Part shown: positions 42,301 through 56,042 of the stretch, piece after piece | Layout of the letters: every line of letters starts with the position of its first letter | Position numbering within the stretch: position 1 is the stretch's first letter | Source of the DNA: Lepidodermella squamata | Lineage: Eukaryota > Animalia > Gastrotricha | Reading direction: 5' to 3' | NCBI GenBank assembly: GCA_047495785.1 | Contig: JBLDXI010000019.1 | Coordinates: 1,860,001 to 1,924,000 of the forward strand | DNA length: 64,000 nt | Notes under the pieces: generated by a model | Databases searched by the model: none | What the model was told of the DNA's origin: nothing | The model's input: only the letters and a program-made list of their open reading frames with translations | Made by a program: the position numbers and the translations under genes

Positions 42301-45300
42301 GGTGTTTGTAGAGTGATGCTATATTTCGCGTAATTTGTTCCGGCTTCGGCTACATTCATGACGGGAATATTAAGGCCACTTGTCGGTTCTCTACTGTAAT
42401 AAAAAACGGCAGCGGTGTAAGAAGTTGCATTGCCAACTCCCGAGCCAAAGAGCATGTTCGTCTGATCGGAATAGTAGAAGTTATTTGAATTTGCAGGGTA
42501 GGCCCCTAAGCTCATCGTTTCATCAGTTGTGTTGTAAGGAAACGCTGAAGGAAACTTTGAGCCTGCAATAAACGAGGTTCCAGCTTTTATAGGATTTGCA
42601 GCATCTTCAAGTGCAATGCGTCCGAAAGAGTAGTCCAATGGGCTATTAAAAACAGATATCATATCTGGGGTTGACGTAATTGGACATCTTTTCAGTGAGT
42701 ACAGCTGTTTTCGAGCGAATATTATAGAGTTCCGAAATACCAGCAAGCAGGCCACGTTAATACCCGGCACTCGACCTATTCTGAAGGTGCTTGTCGATGT
42801 TTCGAGGCCGCTAATGCATGCGATCCCAGGGTATGATGCAACAGCTTCTGCCTCTTGAAATATCTGAAATACTGGGTTCTTGTTCGGGTGGTACATCAGC
42901 GTGATGAAGGACCAGCTGTTCAGCATTAAAAGTCGATTTGAAGTCATGTTGAAATTACCTCCGCCCACTCCGTTCTTGCAGCGGAACCCTGCGACCAAAT
43001 AACCGTTTTGCACTCCAAGGTAAACCGTGGCATTTGTTTCATCATAGAACCAGCCCATGAAGATGCCGTTCGCCATAGTTGTAGGCATGATTTGTATATT
43101 CACTGTGAAAGCGTACTGGAGGTTCATTGCGTTAGCCGGTGAAGTAGTGATAGGCATGCTAAGAAAATCAGTAGACGCTGGGAAGCTCCAGGCACTGAAA
43201 TTGTAGTCGATAAACAATTTTTTTCCGATATGTTTTTCTTCAAATTACCTGGCACTGAAACCGTACATTTTCGAGCACTGTGGATTGCCATTTACTGAAA
43301 AGCTAGCTCCGAGGCCGGAGAGGTCATCAACGGAACAATTCAAGGGAAATATAGCGACAGGAGGTGGGGCTAAGAAGAATTAAGAGAAATTACTGATGTA
43401 AGTTTGTGATAATAACTCACTCAGCCATGGGCATGTGCTAGCTTGCTCGATTTCAGAATGGTCGAGGCCACGTTGATAGAACTGCATGCACGCAATCCGC
43501 CCATTCCACGGTCCATGGATCATGAAATATTGTGACATTCTAAAGCTATCCGCGTTGCATCCCACTTGAGCGATCCCTCGATCGTAGTTGTCTATAAAGA
43601 TTCTAGCTATGCCAGTGGAGCAGTCGAATGACAGCGCGAAGAAAAACCATCGATTTACAGGCACGATGACATTGTTTACAGGCCAGGCCCACGAAGTCGT
43701 AGAATTCGATGCATAATCCACTTTGATGGCACCATTGCTAGCTTGAATTTTGATATTAAGCCTCAATTGACTGCAAAAAATTTAAATTATTCCTAAATAT
43801 GATATGGAAGTTGAAGCCCACTTATTGCCGAACAAGTTTCTCATGAGGTACACATCGCCAGATGCATTTCCGTAAAACACCCACATTGCAAAGGTCCATC
43901 CGTTGCCAATGTCCAATGCGCTGATGTTGCTAGTTCGAACCAGGACGAACCTTTCAAGACCACTCCATTGAAGTGATCCCGAAGCCCTCCCGTCGACACC
44001 AGGCCCATAACGAAGTTGAGGAGAGAATATAGCGTGATTGGCATTCATGGATAAATCGTCGCCGCCTCTTAAAATATCAAAAAGCCATAAGCCGTCGGGA
44101 TTCAGAGTAACAAGTGCTGGTAAAGTTGGCGTCGCGATATCGACAGAAGTAATCGTCATGGTCGATCCCAAATCGACGGTAACGTATGGTCGACCACCCA
44201 TCGCACTTGGAATTATACGAGTGCAATTTTGAATGTGTTGCCGCCGAATTATCCTCGGCTTAGTTAGAACCGACGGATCAGATAGCTTCGAAATAGGATT
44301 ACTGTCATACGCTGGGGTTGTTACATTCGCATTGAGGGCAAGATTTTTTAAGTAGTTTGGTGGATCTGGAACATTAGATTTTCATTATGGTACTTCGAAA
44401 TCACGAGCTATTTACTTACTTCTGCAGCCGAGCAATTCGACGCGGTAACAAACTACACCAGAAAATTGAACAGGAATTATGTTGAAGAACTGGCCGGTAA
44501 CGGGTTTAGGGAAATTTATGACCACAACTGTATTAGGGTTGGAATTCCCAGCAAAGACCCTCGATCCAATGCTGTCAACAATGTCGACCCAGCTATCTTC
44601 ATCTTTAGCTTTGTATTGCAAATACAATGAGGTCACCCACGCCGTCATGGTTTTGCAGCCTTGAACTTCTACTGCGTTGACTATTACTTGCCTGCGAAGG
44701 TCGATAATGAGATTCGACGGATTATTGGTACCAGCCATGCCCCAGTTCAGTCTGAAGAAGAATGAGCTTGACGTAGTACTCGGAGCTGTTAACTGGCTTT
44801 TCGCTATATCCCCACTCTCTATACCAAGTGGTTCCATGCAGTTAGCCGGGCATCCATCGAATCTGAAATTCGCACAGTACAATGTCCCGTTCGCAATAGT
44901 TGCTGATATTCGAATATATCGAGTTAGAACAGGCGCAAAACGCTGATAGGCAACTGTTGAGCTAGTCAAGCCGCTGATTAACTGAAACCAAAAAAGAAAG
45001 ATAGGTATCATTCAGGTATACGAAAAGTCCTTACCATCTTCTGCCCATGGCCTCGGGTTATCGGTCTGTAGTAAACATCGTCTAGGCTTGAATCCATTGA
45101 AAATTGAGGGAAGCAAGAGTTGTCCATGCACTTGTACCAAAGCTGGGTCAGCCATACGTAGCGTTGAAAATCGACTTTAAACCAGCTACCAACTGCCGAA
45201 CCAGAAGCTAAGCATGCTCGAGAAAGATGCCCTCCTGTTATTCGACCGAAAGCTGGGGCATCATATGGCTGATTGATGACCGTGTTCCAAGTTGAGGAGC

Positions 45301-45817
45301 TCGAACTGTACGCTAGATCACTTAGATAGGATGTGTCGTAGTCCAAGGTTTCGATTGGATTGGTCATAGACAAGGCATCAACAGCATCAAGGCAGGTTGG
45401 TTTTCCTGCCATCTGCTTGATAGTATCAAAATACCACGCATTGCCATTACTGCAGGTCGAAGTTAAACATTGGTTTGATCTTGCAACACTGCTTTGCAGC
45501 GCGACAGCGGACACAAAGAAGTCAGGGTCTTCTGCAAGCCCGGCTGTACTTGATCCTTCGTGCGATATATTGAAGAGATTGCAGGCTTTGGTCGATTTCT
45601 GAAACTGCATTGCTTGGCATCGGCGATCAGCTCCGCATAATGACGTGCAAACCGACTCTTCGTTAGCCGTAGTGATACCTGGTATGATGAAGCTGTTCAG
45701 GTTACTGAACCCGCTGTTGGCCACTGCTACTAGTTTATTCCCGGGGTACCTTCTGAAAAATGTTCCGCCTTCAATTGCATTCAACGAAGTTATAATGATT
45801 GCAACGACAAAAATCAT
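39382..45817 (-). CDS. Secreted multidomain lectin-like protein, copy 2
   Basis: Same exon order and domains as 6569-12155. The last intron is expanded to ~800 bp (40428-41223). Confidence 0.8.
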
Positions 45818-46974
45818 TCCTCTTTTATTTCCTCCAAAACGTTTAATGTCATCAGGCTGTAAGAAAGAGGTACTTGAGCTTTGGCGCGTTGAAGATTTAA
45901 GGCAGTTACGTTCGTCCGTTACGGTTCAGAGAAGAGGATGATTGAATATTGATGGAGCTAAAAATAATTTCGTGTCGACTTGGAAAGCGGCGAGGAAACA
46001 TTTGAAAGTGCCCTGAATATTGTGCGAAATTATCGAGTGTGAGTTCAGCGTTGCTGCACTTGTTCGTTTAAAAAATACTAAGGAACCATCATAAATAACT
46101 CCAAGCTGTTAGTTTACGGGGTCAATTATTTATCCAACTTCAATGAGCGTTAGCAATGAGTAATATTAATAAGTTAGATACCTGTACTGTTGGCAGCCAC
46201 AGAAAAGATTATTGAATATTAATGGAGGTAAACATCTATTCGGAAAAGGGCGCTTCAACATTTGAACGCGCCAAATTACGCGAAATATCGAGTGCGACTA
46301 ATGCGTTGCAGCACGTATCACTGAATTATGTATCACTAAGAAAGAAACCGGAAAGAAACTCAATCGGCAAATATATAAGGTCAAAAACATTGCACCGCCT
46401 TTCATTAGCTTCCATCTTTAGCAATCATAGTGACGCCGAAATCTGGTCTCAAGAAAATTGAAAATCAAAACTTGTGGTTCTTGCGGTAAAACCGGCTCAT
46501 TTTTCGCCTACTGTCCTCATTTGCCAAACCATCCCATTCAGCTACCAAAATTCAGCCTGTAAGACCTATTGCTGTAGGCTGCTCCATTGTTGGATTTTAT
46601 TTTGAGACGCAATTTCGGCGTCGCAATGAGTTTATAATTTGGATAACCGTAATTGTTCTGATAATGTGAAGTTTTGGGTTTCCGGATCGCAAATAATCGT
46701 ATCAGATCTTCGATAATCCCAGAGATTTCACAAAACCACAACACAGGTTCACTGTAAAAGACAGAAGTTGGAAATGGAGAAATCGAAGCCGTTTTACTAA
46801 TTTGTTACTAGTTGTCATTATCTCTCATGGTTAACCCGTATTTTATCCGTTACAGGCCGACGCAAGTTTTCCGATTGATGGGCCTAAGAGAATCGAGAAA
46901 TAGAGTATTTACTGTAATTAGGAGGTGGAAAATTCTTAGATTTTTTCTGAAGTAAATTCGATTGTCTTCGAGAA

Positions 46975-47260
46975 ATTGTGGAACCGCTAAATGGTTCAAC
47001 GCGCTGATTGGTCAATCGGTCGTTACTATGACTCCGACATGAAATATTTTGCCGTGCAATCCACTAATAAATAAATAAATGATCTTGCAATACCAGGTGC
47101 ATGATTCCCAATGACTACGGCTGTGGGGCTGTGGACCCATTATAATCTTGGTCAACTACTGCCGCAAAAGCACTTGTTGCCATAATATTTCATGCCGGTG
47201 TCGTAGTAACGATCGATTGACGATTGCGCAGTCAGCGTGCGCATAAAAAATGGTTCGTCA
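46975..47260. mobile_element. Foldback/MITE insertion absent from the paralogous region (~55930)
   Basis: GTCAATCGGTCGTTACTATGACTCCGACATGAAATATT (~47011) pairs with AATATTTCATGCCGGTGTCGTAGTAACGATCGATTGAC (~47184). Boundaries are approximate. Confidence 0.6.
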
Positions 47261-47342
47261 GTCATTCTCTTTCGAGATAAATTGTCAGCGAGAGCTGCTG
47301 TATCCTAATATTCATTTTTACAAGACTCATTATTATCATATG

Positions 47343-47732
47343 GTTACCTTTCCGCTTTTTAAGTTCCGCTATGATCATTTCCGCCTATTATCTTTTCCGC
47401 TACAAGTACACTTCCGCCAGTGACATTTCCGCCTATCAGCTTTCCGCCAAAGTCGATTTCCGCCAACAACATTTCCGCTAAAGGTCATTTCCGCTTTTCT
47501 GCACTTCCGCTTTTTGGCTCTCATTTCAACTTTGAAAATCCTAAATACCGAGACGAATGGAAAATCGGAGAAACGCTAGAACGCGGAACTCACGATAGCG
47601 GAAGTGTGTTATAGCGGAAACGTCTATGGGGGAACTCATACTATGGCGGAAATGAAAATAACGGAAAACGCAATGGCGGAAATGGTCTCGGCGGAAAAAA
47701 ATGTAGCGGAACTTAAAAAGCGGAAAAGTAAC
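47343..47732. mobile_element. MITE with 29-bp TIRs and internal arrays of TTCCGC / GCGGAA subrepeats
   Basis: GTTACCTTTCCGCTTTTTAAGTTCCGCTA versus TAGCGGAACTTAAAAAGCGGAAAAGTAAC (1 mismatch). About 12 TTCCGC units on the left mirrored by GCGGAA units on the right. Confidence 0.8.
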
Positions 47733-47953
47733 GACACCCCAGCACCCCTGTACTTCGCACCCTATTTTGTTCAGATGATTTTTAATGCAATCGATCCACC
47801 TTGGATATCGGTCCACCTTAATTTTGGTCCAGGATAGAACTGTTTGGCGACAAAAAATTCATAGTTATTTTGGACCAAAATTAAGTTGGATCGATTGCAT
47901 TAAAAATCATCGGAACAAAATAGGGTGCGAAGTACAGGGATGCTGGGGTGTCG
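47732..47953. mobile_element. Hairpin MITE with ~90 bp inverted arms
   Basis: CGACACCCCAGCA.CCCTGTACTTCGCACCCTATTTTGTTC... mirrored by ...GAACAAAATAGGGTGCGAAGTACAGGGATGCTGGGGTGTCG. Confidence 0.8.
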
Positions 47954-48507
47954 CGACACGTCAGCTTCGGGGCTCCAACCAGAGGGAGGCTGGAGAAACC
48001 ACTATCGAACTCTAAATGAGGCAGTCATTGTAGAAAGTAAGGTCGCAAGCAATTCAGGAAAGGGTTGCAAAAGGTCGGGAGTCGCTATGTTCACGACACA
48101 ATAATATAATTTTGAAGCGACTTTTGATTATCTTCAGCCATATTTCGAAGAAATACCATCAGCTACAGCTCGCTTCGCTCGCAGATGATCACAGTATTTT
48201 AGAAAAACCAAGCTCTTCTTCCTTTTAAGGAGATTTTCAGGCATTTTTCTGAAAAAAATCCGTAAAAAATCCGAATAAGGGTTTTGATTGACTGATGCGG
48301 AAATGAAAGAGGATGTCAGCAAAGGGGATTTCGGGGGATTGAGTACCTGCCACTATCGACAGTTCGATGGAAATTTGCCAGTTTGCAGTGTACAACAACA
48401 ATGCGACTGATTTTGCGGAATAAAAAACCGTTACTACGAGGTGTGACAGCGACGCCACTGACAAAACAACGGCAACCAAACTGGAGAGCATACAACTCAA
48501 CAGTAGA

Positions 48508-48720
48508 TGTTAGCGATATTCTCTCATGGAATGGGTGGACGATTCCGCACCTACTTGGTTCATTGCCTGGTTATAGTATTCTTCGCCCAAAGAAGTCGGC
48601 GACCGTTTCATTCAACCGATGTCACTCAAGCCTATATCTACTGTTTTTTTGTCGGTAGCATTCGAATCACCCGTCATCAGCTTGCAAAAAATGTTTCTGA
48701 AAGGGGGATGATTCTAGCCG
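48508..48720 (+). pseudogene. 3' remnant of NRF-6 gene A with internal deletions
   Basis: TYLVHCLVIVFFAQRSRRPFHSTDVTQAYIYC is nearly identical to 38880-38980; frameshifting deletions are present. Confidence 0.8.
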
Positions 48721-49004
48721 AATCACCCGTGGTTATTGGTTATATTTATTTTATTACCAAAACTAAGAATATTAAAGACAAACTGACCTACAAAAACCGA
48801 AGAGTGAGATTCAGTTTCCTAAACAACTTTAAAATTTGAATTATTTTTGCATCGTCAACAATGACTCTTATAGAGATTGAATTATGAAAAAAGCGGCCCT
48901 AATCATGCTCAACATGATTCTCATGGAAAAGCCAAGTATAATTCTTCTACGCTAGGGTACTTATTCAGTTTTCTGATAAGCATATCCAGCTTTAAAGTTT
49001 GCTC

Positions 49005-52000
49005 TCAATAAACCATAATGCGAGTGAATTGCATTTGGCCGCTGCCGTCTTTTTCCACGCTGGCGTAGCGTCCAAGTAACGGCGGCGTGCAGTGCCCAAT
49101 AATTGATTGCCCTGGAACTATGTTCGGTGCCCTCAAACCACCAGTCCAAACGTCACAGATACCGTTTTGACTGATTACGGGTCCAGGAGTGTTGCCGACA
49201 CGGAATGTTATTCGCATAGTCATCGGCGAAGTGCTCGATGGCCAACTGCCAACGGATGTTGTGACAATGACAATTTTGGACACTGAAATAGCTCTGCCAA
49301 GATCAACTTGTAGCCAGCCGGAAGTAAGCGTTACCGTGGCTGTTGCCGACCCAGGAGTGGTCATAGCCAGCAAATTTGCCGCTGTCATAGCCGAGTTGTT
49401 AGTTGTAACCGTTTTGTATTCAGCAAAATCAGTCGCATTGTCGCTGTACGCTGCAACCTGGCAAATTTCCATCGAACTGTCGATCGTGGAAGGTACTATC
49501 GTCAAATAACGCCCCGTGACCGGTTTTATACAAGGGATCGAGTAGCGCACGTTGTATGGCATCGTTATCCGATTTGTAGGATGCCCGCAAGCCTGTTGCG
49601 AGTCGGCTGCAGCTGCACTGGCGGGTGGGGTGGTCCCAACTCGAATATTCATAGATTCACCGGCGAATGTGTAGTCGCTATAAAGACAGCTTCTTAAGCC
49701 AAATCTTGCAATGGGCGCTGTAACAAATTCATCCACATAGATCCTAAGAGCAGTAGCCATTACTGGCGGCTTCAAGTAACTAGTCATAGGATTGGGATTG
49801 ATGGCGGCATTAGGACCATCGAAAATTCGCAGGCGAGATCCGTTATTTGGATAGGTGTAAGGCGTCCAAATATTCCCGTCTAGGGAAGTCAGTACGTGAT
49901 ATTTTGTTATCCACGCAGTTTTGCTTGTTCCACACTGAACAAGAATGGCCGTGATTATTCTCAAAGTGGTGAACTTTATGTCATAGAACGGCTCGCTATC
50001 ACTACTAGTAGGTATCCAATCATTAGTGGTGTATGTATCTGTTCTCGAGTCTGAAAGTTTCAAAATATCAGGAGTAGTACTGCAAATTCTCAGTAAGTAT
50101 ACTTACTAGGTCCTGTGTTCGATGAGAAACCTGGCGTAAAATCCGTGAGTTCGTTTTTGCAGGAAAAATCTAGCGGTAGAAATAGACATATAAAATAAAT
50201 AAAGCATAATATAAAAGGATATAGAAATAGAAATAGGCATAAGTATACGGTAATTTTAAAAGGGAATTAGCCAAAGCTCCAATTAACCTGGACATCCGCG
50301 AACCATAACTCTCCATGCCATGCCACCGAAGTAAGTTACTGGATATAACCGAAGAGCTCTGGTATTCAAGTGTGGTCGAAAGAAATTCCAAACTACTGTA
50401 TCAGCGTCAAAGTTAGCAGTGAATGTCTGCGAATGTTAACGAGAAAATTGATTTTATACTCTACCATATTAAAAAAAAGCTGAAAACCTTCACTGAAGTT
50501 GTGCCCGGGATGGTAATCCATACCGATCTGCCCGAAGTCATCCAATTCATGATCTGGTAGCTCGAAATGTAAAACCCCGTTGAGTAGTCTCCTTGCGTTC
50601 CGATCGAAGAAACGGAGACATATTCGCTGTAATCAAACAGCATGTATTGGTTGGCATTGTTAGTGAGAAATTGCCAACAACAAGGAATCGAACCGACGGT
50701 GTTGGGATCACCAACCCATTTGTTGTTCAACCGATATTGATTGTACGTAATATTTGCTGCCGATTTGTACAGTAGACTCTGAGCCGTCGAGAATACATTA
50801 CTTTTTGAAGTAAGATCAGTTTCGCAAACATGGCCTTGCACTACAAAAAACTTCTTGTCAATAGGTTTTTCGTATATTAGATTACTCACGCATTGTTGGG
50901 CCAGAGCATTGAGTTGAGACATCAGCAGCCAAGTATTGATTCAAATATCCCTGGAAAACTGACAAGCAAGCGTAGTCCCCATTAGCCCGATAATTGTAGT
51001 AGACATCTCGACCGAGATATAACCGGGTTGTCGAAAGTGGTTTGGAATCCGGCAAGGGAACTGATACCATCACAGAACCATCAAGGTAGTTCTCGTATTT
51101 CATGGTTCCAGGGGTCAAATCGAAAGTCATCAAATGATGCTGCCAAGTTGCAGAGGGCGAAGAAATATTCACGGCATTAGGCCTGTACCAAGTTCCCGTA
51201 CCGCCAACAGACATGCAAGCTTCGTACTTGATCGTATTGGGTGTTTGTAGAGTGATGCTATATTTCGCGTAATTTGTTCCGGCTTCGGCTACATTCATGA
51301 CGGGAATATTAAGGCCACTTGTCGGTTCTCTACTGTAATAAAAAACGGCAGCGGTGTAAGAAGTTGCGTTGCCAACTCCCGAGCCGAACAGCATGTTCGC
51401 CTGATCGGAATAGTAGAAGTTATTTGAATTTGCAGGGTAGGCCCCAAAGCTCATTGTTTCATCAGTTGTGTAAGGAAACGTGGAGCCTGCAATAAATGAG
51501 GTTCCAGCTTTTATAGGATTTGCAGCATCTTCAAGTGCAAAGCGTCCGAAAGAGTAGTCCAATGGGCTATTAAAAACAGATATCATATCAGGGGTTGACG
51601 TAATTGGACATCTTTTCAGTGAGTACAGCTGTTTTCGAGCGAATATTATAGAGTTCCGAAATACCAGTAAGCAGGCCACGTTAATACCCGGCACTCGACC
51701 TATTCTGAAGGTGCTTGTCGATGTTTCGAGGCCGCTTATGCAGGCGATCCCAGAGATAGATGCTACTTGTTCTGCCTCTTGAAATATCTGAAATACTGGG
51801 TTCTTGTTCGGGTGGTACATCAGCGAGATGAAGGACCAGCTGTTCAGCATTAAAAGTCGATTTGAAGTCATGTTGAAATTACCTCCGCCCACTCCGTTCT
51901 TGCAGCGGAACCCTGCGACCAAATAACCGTTTTGCACTCCAAGGTAAACCGTGGCATTTGTTTCATCATAGAACCAGCCCATGAAGGTGCCGTTTGCCAT

Positions 52001-54720
52001 GGTCGTAAGCATGATTTGCAAGGTTACCGTGAAAGCGTACTGAAGGTTCATAGCGTTAGCCGGTGAAGTAGTGATAGGCATGCTAAGAAAATCAGTAGAC
52101 GCTGGGAAGCTCCAGGCACTGAAATTGTAGCAGATTAACAATATTTATGAAACCATACATTTTCGAGCACTGTGGATTGCCATTTACTGAAAAGCTAGCC
52201 CCGAGGCCGGTAAGGTCATCAACGGAACAATTCAAGGGGAATATAGCGACTGGAGGAGGGGCTAAAAAGAAGCAAAAGGAATTACTGATCAATTACTAAT
52301 ATCGATAATAGCTTACTCAGCCAGGGGCATGTGCTAGCTTGTTCGATTTCAGAGTGGTCCAGGCCACGCTGATAGAGCTGCATGCATGCAATCCGCCCAT
52401 TCCACGGGCCATGAACCATGAAATATTGCGACATTCTGAAGCTATCAGCATTGCATCCCACTTGAGCAATCCCTCGATCGTAGTTGTCTATAAAGATTCT
52501 AGCTATGCCAGTTGCGCAGTCGAATGACAACGCGAAGAAAAACCATCGATTAACAGGCACGATAACATTGTTTACAGGCCAGGCCCATGAAGTCGTAGAA
52601 TTTGATGCATAATCCACTTTGATGGCACCATTACTCGCTTGAATTTTGATATTAAGCCTCAATTGACTGCAAAAAATTTAAATTATTCCTAAATAATATA
52701 TGGAACTTGAAGCCCACTTATTGCCGAACAAGTTTCTCATGAGGTACGCATCGCCGGATGCGTTTCCGTAAAACACCCACATCGCAAAGGTCCATCCGTT
52801 GCCAATGTCCAGCGCGTTGATGTTGTTAGTTCGAACCAGGACGAATCTTTCAAGGCCACTCCATTGAAGAGATCCCAAAGCCCTCCCGTCGACACCAGGC
52901 CCATAACGAAGTTGGGGTGAGAATATGGCATGATTGGCATTCATGGATAAATCGTCGCCGCCTCTTAAAATATCAAAAAGCCATAAGCCGTCGGGATTCA
53001 GAGTAACAAGTGCTGGTAAAGTTGGCGTCGCGATATCGACAGAAGTAATCGTCATGGTCGATCCCAAATCGACGGTAACGTATGGTCGACCACCCATCGC
53101 ACTTGGAATTATACGAGTGCAATTTTGAATGTGTTGCCGCCGAATAATTCTCGGCTTAGTTAGAACCGACGGATCAGATAGCTTCGAGATAGGATTACTG
53201 TCATACGCTGGAGTTGTTACATTCGCACTGAGGGCAAGATTTTTCAAGTAGTTAAGCGGATCTGGAATATTAGATTTTTATTATGGTACTTCGAAATCAT
53301 GAGCTATTTACATACTTCTGCAGCCGAGCAATTCGACGCGGTAACAAACTACTCCAGAAAATTGGACAGGAATGATGTTGAAGAACTGGCCGGTAAGTGG
53401 CTTTGGGAAATTTATCACTGCAACTGTATTAGGGTTGGAATTCCCTGCAAAGACCCTCGATCCAAGGCTGTCAACAATGTCGAGCCAGCTATCCTTGTCT
53501 CTCGCTTTGTATTGCAAATAGAACGATATCACCCAAGCCGACATATTTTTGCAGCCTTGAACTTCGATTGCGTTGACTATTGCCTGCCTTCGAAGGTCGA
53601 CAATGAGACTCGATGGATTATTGGTACTAGCCATGCCCCAGTTCAGTCTGAAGAAGAACGAGCTTGATGTTGTTCTTGGAGTTGTTAACTGGCTTTTCGC
53701 TATATCCCCGCTCTCTATACCAAGTGGTTCCAAGCAGTTAGCCGGGCATCCATCGAATCTGAAATTCGCACAGTACAATGTCCCATTCGCAATAGTTGTT
53801 GATATGCGAATATATCGAGTTAGAACAGGCGCGAAACGTTGATAGGAAACTGTTGTATTCGGCAAGCCGTTGATTAGCTGAAAGAACAAATCAAACATAG
53901 CATTCAGCCATAATAAGCAGATAATAAGGATCCTTACCAGCTTTTGTCCATGACCCTGAGTTATCGGTTTGTAGTAAACATCGTCAAGGCTTGAATCCAT
54001 TGAAAATTGCGGGATGCAAGAGCTGTCCATGCACTTGTACCAAAGCTGGGTCAGCCATACATAGCGTTGAAAATCGACTTTAAACCAACTACCAACTGCC
54101 GAACCAGAGGCTAAGCAAGCTCGAGAAAGATGCCCTCCTGTTATTCGACCAAAAGCTGGGGCATCATATGGCTGATTGATGACCGTGTTCCAAGTTGATG
54201 AGCTCGAGCTGTAGGCGAGATCACTCAGGTACGATGTGTCGTAGTCCAATGTTTCGATAGGATTGGTCAAGACAAGGGCGTCAGCAGCATTAAGGCAGCT
54301 TGGCTTTCCTGCCATCTGCTTGATAGTATCAAAATACCACGCATTGCCATTACTGCAGGTCGAAGTTAAACATTGGTTTGATCTTGCAACACTGCTTTGC
54401 AGCGCGACAGCGGACACAAAGAAGTCAGGGTCTTCTGCAAGCCCGGCTGTACTTGATCCTTCGTGCGATATATTGAAGAGATTGCAGGCTTTGGTCGATT
54501 TCTGAAACTGCATTGCTTGGCATCGGCGATCAGCTCCGCATAATGACGTGCAAACCGACTCTTCGTTAGCCGTAGTGATACCTGGTATGATGAAGCTGTT
54601 CAGGTTACTGAACCCGCTGTTGGCCACTGCTACTAGTTTATTCCCGGGGTACCTTCTGAAAAATGTTCCGCCTTCAATTGCATTCAACGAAGTTATAATG
54701 ATTGCAACGACAATAAGCAT
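49005..54720 (-). CDS. Secreted multidomain lectin-like protein, copy 3 (one splice donor lost at ~52150; functional status uncertain)
   Basis: Close paralog of copy 2 with the same exons. The canonical donor found at ~43248 in copy 2 is deleted here. Confidence 0.7.
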
Positions 54721-56042
54721 TTTTCTTTTATTTCCTTAAGAACGTTTATTGACATCAGGTTGTGAGAAAGAGCTACTTGAGCTTTTGCGCTTTGGGAAAT
54801 TGGTGATTCAACACGGTTAAATACATTCCAGAGAAATTGATGATAGAATATTGATGAGGCTAAAAATACATTCGATTGCGGCTTAGAAAACGGCGAGGTA
54901 ACGTTTGAAGGTGCCGCGTATACCGCGCGATATTTTATCGAGTGTGAATTCTGCGCTTTTTTCTTGTCGGATTCGCTAAGAAACCACCAGAAATAACTTC
55001 AAACTGCTACTTTTATTAGGCAGCAATTATTCAACTCCAAGCGTTAGCTATCAGTAATATGCACAAGTTAGATAACTGTACTGTCGGCAGCCAGAGGAAA
55101 TATGATTGAATATTAATAGAGCTAAACATTAATTCGACTACGACTTGGAAAAAGGCGAGCTAACATTTGAAGGCGCAAAATTGCGCGAAATTATCGAGTG
55201 TGAGTTTTGCCTGCGGCACTTGTCGGGGAACAGGGAACAAATTATATATCACTGCAAGTTTAGAAGGTCAAAAATTGTGCACCGCATTCATTCAGCTTCC
55301 AAACGTTTCATAGATAATCGTAAGTGTTCTGATACTGTTTTCTGTTTCCGGATCGCAAAAATATCACTCCATTTCCAGTTGTTATGAAACCACAGTACGG
55401 ATTCTTCAAATGACAGAAGCTTGAAATGGCAGAAATCGAAGAAACCACTTGAAATTGTTCAAAATAGAGGGCCTTCATTTGCTCAGCATTGTTTATTTCG
55501 TATTACTCGCCTTATTCACATGCTAGTTGAATTACTGATTGATAGATTGAAACCTGAGCGAATACATTCATTATGAAGAAATCGAAATTTGACAAGTCAA
55601 AAATCGCCTCAGTTAACTAGACCCGGCTCATGGCTTCAACCTTTCGTGTCCGTTGTCCATATGGGCCTAAAACTTGGCCCACTCCCATGCATGCGTTGTT
55701 ATATCCGTGTCTACTAAACTTCCTGCTCGCATCGCCGTGTAGACCTAGGCACGCTTCACCTTCGGGAAACGACAAATGCAGCCATATAATATGAATCGAT
55801 ATTTTCGAGCTCTTCCGCACGGTTTCCAGGGATTTATTAATAACGTGTGAGTCATCTATCATTAATGTCCTAATTGGAGATGGACGATTCTTGGATATTT
55901 TTCTGAAGTAATTCAATTGCTTTCAAGATATCAGACTTTCCAGATAAGTTGTTATCAGCGAGAGTTGCTGTATCCTAATTTTCAATATGATAAGACTCAT
56001 TATTATGCCCAAAATTAAAAGCAGACGAGCTTTGACCTGATA

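Larger units (their letters stand above)
38825..47337. repeat. Tandem segmental duplication, unit 1 (NRF-6 3' end + lectin gene + upstream region)
   Basis: Colinear with 48508-56006, from gttggcgatattctctcatggaatgg to cagcgagag.tgctgtatcctaat...aagactcattattat. Confidence 0.85.
48508..56006. repeat. Tandem segmental duplication, unit 2
   Basis: See unit 1 (38825-47337). Confidence 0.85.

Noticed and set aside
47343-47732. Regularly spaced TTCCGC units resembling a CRISPR array
   Set aside because: Units are 6-8 bp, mirrored within TIRs, in a eukaryotic context with no cas genes. This is MITE substructure.
53878-53937. 470-aa ORF suggesting intron loss in lectin copy 3
   Set aside because: A 60-nt stop-free GT-AG intron is still present at the homologous position.
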